Positions 48,663 through 57,466 of a DNA stretch of 64,000 nt are shown piece by piece (position 1 is the first letter of the stretch; every line of letters starts with the position of its first letter). The notes beneath the pieces are model-generated. The model was not told the DNA's origin. It did no database searches and worked only from the letters and a program-made list of their open reading frames with translations. The translations under genes were made by a program, and so were the position numbers. This DNA comes from a virus, in the IMG/VR virus record IMGVR_UViG_3300010354_015978, positions 1 to 64,000 of that record; one strand, given 5' to 3'.

Positions 48663-49937
48663 TCAGTCGTTGTCGCCGTACAGCGCAAACACACCAAAGG
48701 GCGGGCTGGGGTTTTTGTCACCGTGTATGATCCACACCGTGTCGCAGTAGTTCTCGTCGCCCCAGGAACCGCAGGGGTAACCGTCCGTGAACACTACCAG
48801 GCGTTTGGGTTCAATGTCCTGGGCCTTCATGAAGTTGAACATGCACTCAAAGTCTGTGCCGCCACCGCCCATGAGATCGTAGGTGTCGATGCTGTCCAGA
48901 TTCTCGCTGGTGAACACCTGCAGGTTGTAGACTTCTGTGTCAAAGCATGCCACCATGATACGGTAGGCATCAAAGGTCTCCATGATGCCGCGGATCTCGC
49001 TGAGGAAGTCGCGTCCCTGCTGCTCACCAATCGAGCCCGACATGTCCATAAACACCATGATGTCGATCATGTCGGTGTTCTTCATGCCCGGCATCACAGC
49101 ATCCACGTGCCAGCCCTTGCGCGAACTGCGCAGCCAAGTGTAGTCTGACTTGATGGTGCTCTCCAACTGCATGCGCAGGAGTTCGCGCCAGCTCATCTTG
49201 GGCTCGGTCAAGTTTTGGATGATGCGTTTGATGCCACCGGGCAAGGTACCAGCATCGCAAGTCTGCGCGGCGCTGAGTATGGCTTCCTTGATCTCGTCCT
49301 TGATCTTCTCGCGTTCTTCTTTGGTGAGTCGGGGACGTTTGCCGCCTTTACCGGGTTCCTTGCCTTCGCCGTCGCCCTCACCTTCATCACCGTCCAAGTG
49401 TTCGTCCAGCACACGGTCCAAGAGATCGCTGAGAGAGATCTTGTCGGCCTTTTCGTAGAGATCATCGTAGATCTCTTCCGATGCCTTGCCTTCGTATTTG
49501 GCGTCGTACAGGCACGGCACCGAAGTGATGAACTCGCCTACCTTGTGTTTCTTGAGATCGCCGTTGACAGCGAAATCATTGGCCACGTTCCACAACTGCG
49601 GATCGCGTTCGCCGCGCCGACCAAAATGGTCATAGCAAACGTGCAGTACCTCATGCCCAAACAGGAATTCGATCTCCTTGGGCTTGAGCATCTTGATGAA
49701 ACGAGTGTTGTAGTAAAAGTGGCGCCCGTCAGTGGCTGCGGTAGCACACCAGTCGTCGGCATTGACCAACTTGAGGCGCGTGGCAAGATTGCCAAAGAAC
49801 GAACTGCGCAACAACAAGCCCACGCGGGCAGTTACCAGGGTTTCACGTACTTCGCGATCCACCTTGGGATCGGTGGGACCGATGAGTTGGGCAAACTTCT
49901 TTGCCATGTCTTTGTTAGCGGTATCAGTGCTCATCAA
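48663..49937 (-). CDS. VWA-like domain / HEXXH metallopeptidase protein (DUF2201-type)
   Basis: TAATDG, HEVLH, MIDAS-like DMSGS, GGGGTDF, FTDGY. Confidence 0.85.
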   Translation of the reverse strand: MMSTDTANKDMAKKFAQLIGPTDPKVDREVRETLVTARVGLLLRSSFFGNLATRLKLVNADDWCATAATDGRHFYYNTRFIKMLKPKEIEFLFGHEVLHVCYDHFGRRGERDPQLWNVANDFAVNGDLKKHKVGEFITSVPCLYDAKYEGKASEEIYDDLYEKADKISLSDLLDRVLDEHLDGDEGEGDGEGKEPGKGGKRPRLTKEEREKIKDEIKEAILSAAQTCDAGTLPGGIKRIIQNLTEPKMSWRELLRMQLESTIKSDYTWLRSSRKGWHVDAVMPGMKNTDMIDIMVFMDMSGSIGEQQGRDFLSEIRGIMETFDAYRIMVACFDTEVYNLQVFTSENLDSIDTYDLMGGGGTDFECMFNFMKAQDIEPKRLVVFTDGYPCGSWGDENYCDTVWIIHGDKNPSPPFGVFALYGDND

Positions 49938-49959
49938 GATACTCCTTTACTGTAGTCTA

Positions 49960-49988
49960 ATTATATGGGATATCGCAATACCCGTCAA
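49960..49988 (-). promoter_or_regulatory. sigma70-type promoter
   Basis: TTGACG-N17-TATAAT upstream of the AAGGAG ribosome-binding site of the VWA gene. Confidence 0.8.
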
Positions 49989-50006
49989 CCGAAATAACTC
50001 ATTGAG

Positions 50007-50053
50007 AATCAATGACTTATAGCGACCGTGGTTCTAGCAAAATCAATGACTTA
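50007..50053. repeat. Two direct copies of the AATCAATGACTTA box
   Basis: Exact copies at 50007-50019 and 50041-50053. Confidence 0.85.
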
Positions 50054-50066
50054 CGTAGCCTAAGCG

Positions 50067-50417
50067 TCACTTGGTCCTGGGGTGCGCCATCATAAAGAAA
50101 CTCAGTTCCTTGTCCGTGGCCACGTAGATGCGGCATTGATTGTTGATGCCGTTGGTCCAACTCCAGTGCGGATTGATGACCAAGGGCATCTCCATTTCGT
50201 CCTTGAGCCAGTGATTGGTCTTGCTGACATACTCACGGATGTCGTCGTACTGGCGCACTTCGGCACTCCAGCCATAGGTGTTGAAGAACCACATCTGCGC
50301 TTCGGCAAAGTGCAAAGGTCCGTAGCCGGTGTGCATGCGGTTGGAAAATGCAATCTGGTACTGAAACAATTTGTTGTACCGATACCGCCCATCTAGTTTG
50401 GTGACTTGGTAATTCAT
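50067..50417 (-). CDS. Hypothetical protein
   Basis: 116-aa ORF with an ATGA overlap to the upstream ORF. Confidence 0.65.
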   Translation of the reverse strand: MNYQVTKLDGRYRYNKLFQYQIAFSNRMHTGYGPLHFAEAQMWFFNTYGWSAEVRQYDDIREYVSKTNHWLKDEMEMPLVINPHWSWTNGINNQCRIYVATDKELSFFMMAHPRTK

Positions 50418-50653
50418 GATGCTCGACCCAGGTATTTAAGAGCGAATATGGTGGCATCGTAGGGATTGACGAAATGGAAATCTATGATCCAGCCGTTGGT
50501 CTCTACAAGGGGCGTCTGGGCTGAAACGAATCGCCACCGCTGACCCGGGCGACCAAAGTCTTTGGAAACCCGTTGCAGTAGATCTCGCACATCTTGATGA
50601 GAATAAGGTACGAACTCGTACCTTACTCGAGAAGTTGGGGTTGGGTCCGACAT
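50414..50653 (-). CDS. Hypothetical protein
   Basis: Probable ATG at 50653; ends DATIFALKY. The start lies inside a hairpin. Confidence 0.55.
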   Translation of the reverse strand: MSDPTPTSRVRYEFVPYSHQDVRDLLQRVSKDFGRPGQRWRFVSAQTPLVETNGWIIDFHFVNPYDATIFALKYLGRAS

Positions 50654-50693
50654 AGCCCTATGTCCCTCGCGGTATGGACCCAACCCCGTTTTC

Positions 50694-51785
50694 TCAGGAG
50701 TTGGCTTGCAGGATGTACTTGCCGTAACGCTGGTGGAACTCGTCAAAGTTCTTGAGCTTGGTGGGCTGGAACGGCAGGTTGTAAGTAGTGAGCGCGATAC
50801 GCGCACCCATCACCACCAACTCAGTTTCAAAGTTGTCCATCATGAAGCGGAAGAAGTTGTCCGACATGTTGTGGAACTCCTTGTCCGGCACCTTGCGATT
50901 CTCGATGGCATCGCGCAGTTCGTAGCACATGGACGTCACAAGACTGTACATGGCGCTGACTTCTTTCACCGACAACTCTTTGGCTTTGCCAGCCAGGATG
51001 TCTTCGGGTTTGGGCAAGCGACTTGCGATCTTGCGGTGAGCCATGAACTTCACAGCCAGCCCTTCGCCCACAGTACCTGCGATCAAGTCCGTGGCAGTGA
51101 CATCTTCGATGTCCTCGTCTTCAATGATCTGGCTGACAAAATGCCAGGAGCGCGGAGTAGCAAATGCACGGCTGGAACTGCGAGCATCAAAGTCGTACAG
51201 GTCTTGCTTGGCGAAACTCAAGTAGCCCACTACGTCGGGATGTTCGCCGTTGCGCACAGCCCACTCCAACCAACTGGCAAAGTCCACGCGCATCTCACAG
51301 TGGACGAAGCGATTAGCCAGGGGAGTGGGCATGCGATACGTGACACCTTTGTCCGACTCGCGGTTACCGGCAGCGATCATGACCACATTGTCGGGCAAGC
51401 GATAGCGACCGATACCGCGGTTCAGCACCAACTGATAAGCCGCTGCCTGTACCGCGGGAGCCGCAGAGTTCATTTCGTCCATAAACAGCACCACCACCGG
51501 GTACTGGCTAGCCAACTCCGCATCGGGCAAGTCCACGGGCGGAGCCCAGTCCATGCGTCCGGTATCTTTGTTGTAGAAAGGGATGCCACGGATGTCAGTG
51601 GGATCCATTTGACCCAAGCGAAGGTCGATCATGAAGCCGCCCAGCTCTTGTGTGATGCTGGCTACAACTTCACTCTTGCCGATGCCGGGAGGACCCCACA
51701 AAAACATGGGACGCTTCTTGGCAAAGCACTTCATGATGGCTTTGCGGGCACCGATTGCGGTTACTGTACGATGTTCGACGGACAT
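50694..51785 (-). CDS. MoxR-like AAA+ ATPase
   Basis: Walker A GPPGIGKS, Walker B LFMDE, AAGNR, LANRF, ATPRSW. Confidence 0.9.
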   Translation of the reverse strand: MSVEHRTVTAIGARKAIMKCFAKKRPMFLWGPPGIGKSEVVASITQELGGFMIDLRLGQMDPTDIRGIPFYNKDTGRMDWAPPVDLPDAELASQYPVVVLFMDEMNSAAPAVQAAAYQLVLNRGIGRYRLPDNVVMIAAGNRESDKGVTYRMPTPLANRFVHCEMRVDFASWLEWAVRNGEHPDVVGYLSFAKQDLYDFDARSSSRAFATPRSWHFVSQIIEDEDIEDVTATDLIAGTVGEGLAVKFMAHRKIASRLPKPEDILAGKAKELSVKEVSAMYSLVTSMCYELRDAIENRKVPDKEFHNMSDNFFRFMMDNFETELVVMGARIALTTYNLPFQPTKLKNFDEFHQRYGKYILQANS

Positions 51786-51825
51786 AGGGCTTATCCTTTA
51801 GGGTTATTTACAAACTACAGAACAG

Positions 51826-51854
51826 AGTATACACGGGGTTGAATTGTGTGTCAA
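51826..51854 (-). promoter_or_regulatory. sigma70-type promoter
   Basis: TTGACA-N17-TATACT. Confidence 0.85.
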
Positions 51855-51985
51855 GCCTTATTGTAGGCTCGCACTTGCCATTCGCCATTGCCCATCAGCC
51901 ACAACACCATGTTGGGATAGGTGTGCTGCGCCATGTACTGCTCGGCATAGCGACGACGGAATGTTGAATAAAGCACGGTGTACAT
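51851..51985 (-). CDS. Small 44-aa hypothetical protein
   Basis: MYTVLYSTFRRRYAEQYMAQHTYPNMVLWLMGNGEWQVRAYNKA; AAGGA site and its own promoter. Confidence 0.55.
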   Translation of the reverse strand: MYTVLYSTFRRRYAEQYMAQHTYPNMVLWLMGNGEWQVRAYNKA

Positions 51986-52013
51986 ACAATCTCTATTTCC
52001 TTATTGTCCTCGT

Positions 52014-52043
52014 AGTTTACGACATCCTGGGATTTTCGGTCAA
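52014..52043 (-). promoter_or_regulatory. sigma70-type promoter
   Basis: TTGACC-N18-TAAACT. Confidence 0.55.
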
Positions 52044-52060
52044 CCAGATTAACTCTAATA

Positions 52061-52101
52061 GAATCAATGACTTACAGGCGTCCAGCGTAAGTCATTGATT
52101 C
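52061..52101. repeat. Inverted pair of GAATCAATGACTTAC boxes
   Basis: 15-bp perfect inverted repeat with an 11-bp spacer. Confidence 0.85.
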
Positions 52102-52168
52102 TCAAAGGATTCTTTTTGCGTGGAATCTGTGGTTTTTTCGCAACACTTGGGGTGGACTTAAATACAGC

Positions 52169-52402
52169 ATGACCCCGGCTCAGCAGCACCTACGCGACAG
52201 CGACATGACCTATTGGTATCATCTCAGGCACAGCCTGGGCAACAGCCTGACCTTGGCCAAGTTGGCCTTGACCAGTTTCGTGCATGCGTTCCTGCCGCAG
52301 GTATGGCCACAACATTCGGCGCGCGGTGTCATACGCATCTACAATCGCATGCGCAGGTACAGTCACCTGCGACGCCTGCAGAACGATCTACGAGACCTTT
52401 GA
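52169..52402 (+). CDS. Small hypothetical protein (DUF6356-like)
   Basis: HL.....TY..HL....VHAFLP pattern; TAAATA-N4-ATG. Confidence 0.6.
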   Translation: MTPAQQHLRDSDMTYWYHLRHSLGNSLTLAKLALTSFVHAFLPQVWPQHSARGVIRIYNRMRRYSHLRRLQNDLRDL

Positions 52403-53080
52403 CCCGCGACCGCTGTAGACTTCGTGCGAAGTCAAGGCGCGCATCACAGTGACACCAGGCCATACCACGCTGTGGTCCGCCAACAGCATGGCACGACCAC
52501 GGCGAGCGATCACGGTTGAGCTGACCCCCACATACACATGATGTCCAATCTGCACGTTGCCGGTGAGCCTGGCGCCGATCTGTATCACGCTGTCAGGGCC
52601 CACAGTTACATCATGACTGACATAGGCCTGGTCACGTATGGTCACATGGTCATGCACCACAGCGCCATGGTTCACCATGGCTAGGGCACCCACGCGCACG
52701 TTGCGCCCAAATCTAGCACCGGGTGATATCACGGCAGTGGGATGTACGATGGTGGCGCCCACGAGGTTGAAGCGTGACATCCACTCCAGGTACTGCTCAC
52801 GTTTGGCGTTGTTGCGCTGGATGTCGGCATCGCGGCCCGGCTGCCAGCCAGTGGCCACAAAGAACTCGTATTGCTCGCGAGTGCCGGCTCTTAAGTATTC
52901 ATGATCGGGCAACAATGGTAGGCCATGTATACTGTCCTGGCCACGATAGTCACGGTCCATGATGCCATGCACCCGGCGACCCACCAGCTCAAGACTTTCC
53001 ACTACATTGGGCAAGGTGCTGCAATGGCCCATGATGATCACGGGCAGATGGTCTTCACGGATGGCTTGTATGGTGCGCAT
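52388..53080 (-). CDS. Hexapeptide-repeat acetyltransferase (NeuD/PglD-like)
   Basis: TIVHPTAVIS, SHDVTVG and left-handed beta-helix hexapeptide repeats. The start is ATG 53080 or GTG 53095. Confidence 0.75.
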   Translation of the reverse strand: MRTIQAIREDHLPVIIMGHCSTLPNVVESLELVGRRVHGIMDRDYRGQDSIHGLPLLPDHEYLRAGTREQYEFFVATGWQPGRDADIQRNNAKREQYLEWMSRFNLVGATIVHPTAVISPGARFGRNVRVGALAMVNHGAVVHDHVTIRDQAYVSHDVTVGPDSVIQIGARLTGNVQIGHHVYVGVSSTVIARRGRAMLLADHSVVWPGVTVMRALTSHEVYSGRGSKVS

Positions 53081-53105
53081 GTATAGATTTATCACCTAGT
53101 CAAGG

Positions 53106-53129
53106 CGAGACCCACCGAAGTGGGTCTCG
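53106..53129 (-). terminator. Hairpin ending the tmRNA transcript
   Basis: 10-bp stem CGAGACCCAC/GTGGGTCTCG with a UUCG loop on the minus strand; weak U-tail. Confidence 0.65.
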
Positions 53130-53402
53130 GGAAGTTTCTGTTTCTCGGTATTCCTACCTCAGCAAGCCTCAAGCGGCCAGTGCGTATAGATCGTCGTTTG
53201 CGTCTATAAATTTGCTCGTTTAACGTCCGTCGCCTGACGTGCTGTCCACTCAGTTACTCTTTGCCCTGTCGAAACCTTGACTGGCCCATCAAAAAACTTC
53301 TTAGCCGACCTTTCGGTATTCTACGGAAAGAAGCCTTTTGGTGGACCAGGTGGGAGTCGAACCCACGTCCAGAACACCTTTCTCATCGCTTCATACAGCA
53401 AT
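53130..53402 (-). ncRNA. ssrA: Circularly permuted (two-piece) tmRNA, tag (A)ANDDLYALAA
   Basis: The T-arm and CTGGTCCACCA (ending 53339) come before the 5' end GGGCCAG...TTCGAC (starting 53287). The acceptor stem has G3:U70. The tag frame 53201-53169 is preceded by ATAGAC. Confidence 0.92.
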
Positions 53403-53404
53403 AA

Positions 53405-53800
53405 TCAAAAATTTACCACGAACCTGCGACCACGATACTCAAACATCACGGTCTCGCCTACTTGTCGCTGCACGGGCACAGTGTTGCAGACCTGGCGCTG
53501 TTCCACATTGACCTGATCACGGCCGATGCGTTTGCCCACACCAGCACCCACAAGAGCACCCACCACAGTGGCTGCATCACGACCACGACCGTCGCCCACT
53601 TGGTGACCGATGATACCGCCGGCCACGCCGCCGATCACGGTGCCCACGCCAGAATTGTCACGGGTGACATCTTCCATGTAGCATTCTTGCTGATAGGCAG
53701 TGACCATGCGAGGACGACTCCAGACTACCTGGGCCACGTCTTCCGCTGCCATGGCAGCACCGCTGACTACAAATAGACCAATCGCAAACCACTTTTTCAT
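53405..53800 (-). CDS. Glycine-zipper 2TM protein (YcfJ-like, signal peptide)
   Basis: GTVIGGVAGGIIGHQVGDGRGRDAATVVGALVGAGVG; AGGAG ribosome-binding site. Confidence 0.85.
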   Translation of the reverse strand: MKKWFAIGLFVVSGAAMAAEDVAQVVWSRPRMVTAYQQECYMEDVTRDNSGVGTVIGGVAGGIIGHQVGDGRGRDAATVVGALVGAGVGKRIGRDQVNVEQRQVCNTVPVQRQVGETVMFEYRGRRFVVNF

Positions 53801-53817
53801 GGTGACTCCTTTCTTGA

Positions 53818-53854
53818 TATTTATTACTTTACACAAAACCAATAGGTGCGTCAA
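53818..53854 (-). promoter_or_regulatory. Tandem sigma70-type and TAAATA late-type promoter
   Basis: TTGACG-N17-TAAAGT immediately followed by TAAATA. Confidence 0.5.
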
Positions 53855-54091
53855 CCAATTTGGCGCGAAATGGGAAACCTGGGTCATGCCCAGGTCTCCT
53901 CGTATTTGATAAGTGCCAGTTGTCTCGCTAACCAAAGCCTGAACAGCACGTAGTCCGAAAGTTGGTCTTGGTGCTGACAGGTCGGGTCGGTGTTGACTTC
54001 TGGCCGCCTATATCCCACATAGATCGATTCGTCGTCAATGTAGTATGCATCATCGACTCTGCCGGCCTGTAGTAGGATAAACCTTGAAGGA

Positions 54092-54304
54092 TTACTTCTT
54101 AGCGGTTTCGGCTTTCTTATCAGCAGGCTTGGCCGCTTCGCTTTTGGCAGGCTCGGCCTTCTTTTCAGCAGGCTTGGCTGCAGGAGTGGAAGGTGCAGCA
54201 GCAGCGGGCTTGGCTTCGGCCTTCTTTTCAGCGGGCTTGGCGGGTTCGGCTGCAAAAGCGGTCACAGCAAACATGCTGGCTACGAGAGTTGCTAGGAGTT
54301 TCAT
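54092..54304 (-). CDS. Small secreted Ala/Lys/Pro-rich protein (acid-shock-protein-like composition)
   Basis: Signal peptide ending AFA, PAEKKAE repeats, AAGGA ribosome-binding site. Confidence 0.75.
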   Translation of the reverse strand: MKLLATLVASMFAVTAFAAEPAKPAEKKAEAKPAAAAPSTPAAKPAEKKAEPAKSEAAKPADKKAETAKK

Positions 54305-54371
54305 ACAGTTTCCTTTCGGTTAAAAACATAGATCCTGTCTATGTACTATATTAAACGCCTTGACCTGCGTC

Positions 54372-54956
54372 CTAGTTGACATCTCTTGGCAGGGGTTTGC
54401 CCAGATCGCTCCACTGTTGATCAGTGACCCCCCGCATGCGCAGGCTGCAGGACACCCGGGGTACTGGCCCGGCATTGACTTGTACGCTGTGTGGAACTTT
54501 GATTTGGATCAAGGTTGGCCGCCGGATCGTGACCCGATGTGTTTCTTGGACATTGTCAAGATCGAATCCCAGATAGGTCACGGGACCGGCACCAATTGTG
54601 CGTCGTGTAGGCTCGGTTCGAGCATGGTAGAATATTGTGTCAGTTTGGTCGGTGTTGAGAATAGGTAAAACCAAACTGTGATCACAATCGCCGGTATCAA
54701 GATGTGGTGACAAGCCGTCTTGATAGGATACAACAATACCAGTACATTTCCAATTGGCCATCAATCCTAAGTCATTGATCATTTTGCGCAGCGACGAGAT
54801 TTTGGTAAATCTGTCAGGTTGCTGGTAGTGCCAATCGTCCAGATAAAAAACTGAGGTCGCTGTTTGATCTTGGATGTTTGGGTGTATCAACGCCAACAGG
54901 TCCTCGCGTACTTGAGGCCAATTCGGATGTTGTAGTTCGATATAGGGGGTTGACAC
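54372..54956 (-). CDS. Putative 2OG-Fe(II) oxygenase/cupin-like protein
   Basis: PHLD...PHSV...PRVSCSLR fits an HxD...H...R pattern. Confidence 0.55.
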   Translation of the reverse strand: MSTPYIELQHPNWPQVREDLLALIHPNIQDQTATSVFYLDDWHYQQPDRFTKISSLRKMINDLGLMANWKCTGIVVSYQDGLSPHLDTGDCDHSLVLPILNTDQTDTIFYHARTEPTRRTIGAGPVTYLGFDLDNVQETHRVTIRRPTLIQIKVPHSVQVNAGPVPRVSCSLRMRGVTDQQWSDLGKPLPRDVN

Positions 54957-54970
54957 AAGGTACTTATGGT

Positions 54971-55045
54971 TGGTAGGCGGTGAGGGGATCGAACCCCCGA
55001 CCCTCTCCGTGTAAAGGAGACGCTCTACCTCTGAGCTAACCGCCT
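54971..55045 (-). tRNA. tRNA-Val(TAC)
   Basis: Cloverleaf, anticodon loop TTTACAC, encoded CCA. Confidence 0.95.
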
Positions 55046-55048
55046 AAA

Positions 55049-55126
55049 TGGTCGGAATGGAGGGATTCGAACCCCCGACCCTCTGCTCCCAAAGCAGATG
55101 CGCTAGCCAGGCTGCGCTACATTCCG
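55049..55126 (-). tRNA. tRNA-Pro(TGG)
   Basis: Loop TTTGGGA, encoded CCA. Confidence 0.95.
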
Positions 55127-55393
55127 GGAAGTGCTGTCAGTGGTAAGTGGGCTGCAACCACGAAACACATAGGCTTTGGCCGTGCGTAGTTCCATGAGGC
55201 TGAGCACACCGTCACTGTTCTTGTCGGCCTGGTCAAACAGGCTCTTGCTGATCTCGCAGTCCAGGCGCAGTTCTTCAAGACTGAGGCGACCGTCCAGATT
55301 CTGATCATAGAGATCTAATCTACGTTCGGTGGCCGACTGGGCCAAGGCCGACACGCTGGCAACGGCCATCAATGACACGATTAACTTCTTCAT
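55103..55393 (-). CDS. Secreted EF-hand protein
   Basis: Signal peptide; DQNLDGRLSLEE and DKNSDGVLSLME EF-hands; GGAG ribosome-binding site. The 3' end runs into tRNA-Pro. Confidence 0.7.
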   Translation of the reverse strand: MKKLIVSLMAVASVSALAQSATERRLDLYDQNLDGRLSLEELRLDCEISKSLFDQADKNSDGVLSLMELRTAKAYVFRGCSPLTTDSTSRNVAQPG

Positions 55394-55419
55394 ATTTGGT
55401 ACTCCTATATAGACCAACT

Positions 55420-55493
55420 TGGCTGGGGTGCATGGGCTCGAACCACGATTAGCGGAATCAAAATCCGCTGTCCTACCATTAGACGACACCCCA
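55420..55493 (-). tRNA. tRNA-Gln(TTG)
   Basis: Loop TTTTGAT, encoded CCA. Confidence 0.95.
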
Positions 55494-55495
55494 AA

Positions 55496-55744
55496 TTAGT
55501 TTTCGAAACAGCGATAACCGGCCTGATGTTCGAAAGTCAACAGGCCAGCGCGAGGAGAACCTGGACGGGTACAAATCCCCCAATCCGTGCCAAGATCCTT
55601 GCCCAGCGGGCGCCACCACCGACAGCCGCTGGAGCAGTCGGGGTAGTATTCTTCGGGATGGTCCCAACGTTCCACTTCTCCACCGTAGTCACGATAGTCT
55701 GTGGGCAAACGCACCAGGATGTTCCAGTACCCTTTTTCACTCAT
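55496..55744 (-). CDS. DUF3027-like Cys-containing protein
   Basis: DCSSGCRWW..DWGIC..SPRAGLLTFEH..C. Confidence 0.6.
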   Translation of the reverse strand: MSEKGYWNILVRLPTDYRDYGGEVERWDHPEEYYPDCSSGCRWWRPLGKDLGTDWGICTRPGSPRAGLLTFEHQAGYRCFEN

Positions 55745-55756
55745 GGGCGTAGTATA

Positions 55757-56191
55757 CTACACCACATATTCATAGTTAATGGTTTCTGGGTTGCTGCGGA
55801 ACACCAAAGCACCATTTCGGAGATGGAACTTGCGCGCCATCTCGGTGGGTGGACTGAGAGTGACGAACCTAGTGATCTCGGGGCGATGTTCGCGGATCCA
55901 ATCGCGCGCCTGGAAAATGAGATCACGCCCGGCTCCGGGCTGATAACTCCATATTGTGTAGAAGATCGCGACCAAGGGATGATCGCAGTCCTGAAAGAGA
56001 TCACGCTCGCTCTCGGGTATGGTGGCCTGATAACTCACACAGGTCACGGCCAGAGCACGGTCTTGGTCCCGGCTCACAAACACATCGCGATTGGGACCTA
56101 TGCGTGTCTGTTGTGGGATGCCGGGACGCACGGGATCTTCCTCTAGCAGTCGGAACAGGTCATCGGTGGTGTTGCGTATAAGATGGAGCAT
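55757..56191 (-). CDS. Hypothetical protein, possibly GNAT-like
   Basis: DPVRP, FYTIWSY.PGAGRDLI, TLSP.TEMARKFH.RNG. Confidence 0.55.
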   Translation of the reverse strand: MLHLIRNTTDDLFRLLEEDPVRPGIPQQTRIGPNRDVFVSRDQDRALAVTCVSYQATIPESERDLFQDCDHPLVAIFYTIWSYQPGAGRDLIFQARDWIREHRPEITRFVTLSPPTEMARKFHLRNGALVFRSNPETINYEYVV

Positions 56192-56231
56192 AATCAACGT
56201 ATATATCTAAAAGATTAAAAAACAACTAGAA

Positions 56232-56308
56232 TGGCCCGGCCGGAGGGATTCGAACCCCCGACCGTGGGATTAGAAATCCCATGCTCTATCCTACTGAGCT
56301 ACGGCCGG
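56232..56308 (-). tRNA. tRNA-Arg(TCT)
   Basis: Loop TTTCTAA, encoded CCA. Confidence 0.95.
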
Positions 56309-56311
56309 ACA

Positions 56312-56387
56312 TGGAGCGGGAGACGAGGCTTGAACTCGCGACATCCGGTTTGGAAGACCGGTGCTCTACCAACTGAGCTACTCCCGC
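56312..56387 (-). tRNA. tRNA-Gly(TCC)
   Basis: Loop CTTCCAA, U73, encoded CCA. Confidence 0.95.
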
Positions 56388-56390
56388 GTA

Positions 56391-56861
56391 TTAGGCCACC
56401 ATGGCGCGCTGCAAGCGATCAGCGGCGTAACTGGCCGCAAACGCATTGGGCTTGACCATGGGGATGACATTGCAGGTACCGCGTATGTAACCAATGGCCT
56501 GCTGTATCACGCAACTGCTGCCGTAGTGATCGTTGGGGTTGATGTCAAGATGCACTTCAACTTCACGATCAGCCAGCACCGGTGACAGTCTTTGATACAT
56601 CTCACTGACACGATAAACTTCGTTCATGAGACGCATGCTGGGCCGGTCCACTCTCTGATCAAAGTCGCGCTCGCGCGAAACTTCGCCAAAAATTTTGCAA
56701 CCGTTGTTGCCATTGACATGCACCACGATGGCCACGGTGTATTCCGCCCACCAGGTATGACGGAAACGATACCTGACGCTATCAGCACCCAAGTACACCC
56801 TGGTGCCAGGTCCCTGTTGTTTAATGAAGTCCTGGACTTCTTGTAGGTTTATTTTTTGCAT
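56391..56861 (-). CDS. RNase H-like YkuK (DUF458) family protein
   Basis: YLGADS, RLMNEV, EVHLDIN, KPNAFAASYAAD. Confidence 0.8.
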   Translation of the reverse strand: MQKINLQEVQDFIKQQGPGTRVYLGADSVRYRFRHTWWAEYTVAIVVHVNGNNGCKIFGEVSRERDFDQRVDRPSMRLMNEVYRVSEMYQRLSPVLADREVEVHLDINPNDHYGSSCVIQQAIGYIRGTCNVIPMVKPNAFAASYAADRLQRAMVA

Positions 56862-56873
56862 AAGTCACTTGTT

Positions 56874-57455
56874 TTAATCCACGGTGTTGAGAGACGAGCT
56901 CTTGAACCCCACCATGCCGCCTTCCTGCTGGATGCGTTTGATGACATCTTCAAACAGTATGGGGCGATAGTCTGTGTGTTCCACGCACACACAATGATAT
57001 CTAGTGTCAATCACCGGCTGGGCACCGGCATATTTGGCTCGCATCACGCGCCGGTAGTGCAGGTGACCGTGTATGTTACAGCCAAAGCGTCCCAGGCTTT
57101 CTTCATGCACCGGCACATGGCTCAATATCATGCCGTTCATGACATGGTAGCTGCGGATGTCGCGGAAGTGCGCAGCATAGTCATTGAGCTTGAAGATGTC
57201 ATGGTTGCCCTTGATCAAGACCTTGTCGCCCTTGAGACGGCGCAGGATGTTGAGACTGCGTCGATTGATCACGACATCGCCGAGATGATACACTTTGTCA
57301 TTGGGGCGCACGGTTTCGTTCCAACGCTGCACCATGGCTTCGTCCATTTCTTCAACGTCGTCCCAGGGGCGCAGTTTGCTACCGTCATCCCGGGTGAATC
57401 TGCAGACGCCGGTATGGCCAAAGTGAGTGTCACTGACCAGATATACCGCGGGCAT
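56874..57455 (-). CDS. Calcineurin-like metallophosphoesterase
   Basis: SDTHFGH, HLGD, GNHD, SHVP, HGHLH. Confidence 0.9.
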   Translation of the reverse strand: MPAVYLVSDTHFGHTGVCRFTRDDGSKLRPWDDVEEMDEAMVQRWNETVRPNDKVYHLGDVVINRRSLNILRRLKGDKVLIKGNHDIFKLNDYAAHFRDIRSYHVMNGMILSHVPVHEESLGRFGCNIHGHLHYRRVMRAKYAGAQPVIDTRYHCVCVEHTDYRPILFEDVIKRIQQEGGMVGFKSSSLNTVD

Positions 57456-57466
57456 GATAGTTCTCC

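Noticed and set aside
49990-52101. AATCAATGACTTA copies as a CRISPR array
   Set aside because: The unit is only 13-15 bp, spacing is irregular, orientation is mixed and there are no cas genes in the window.
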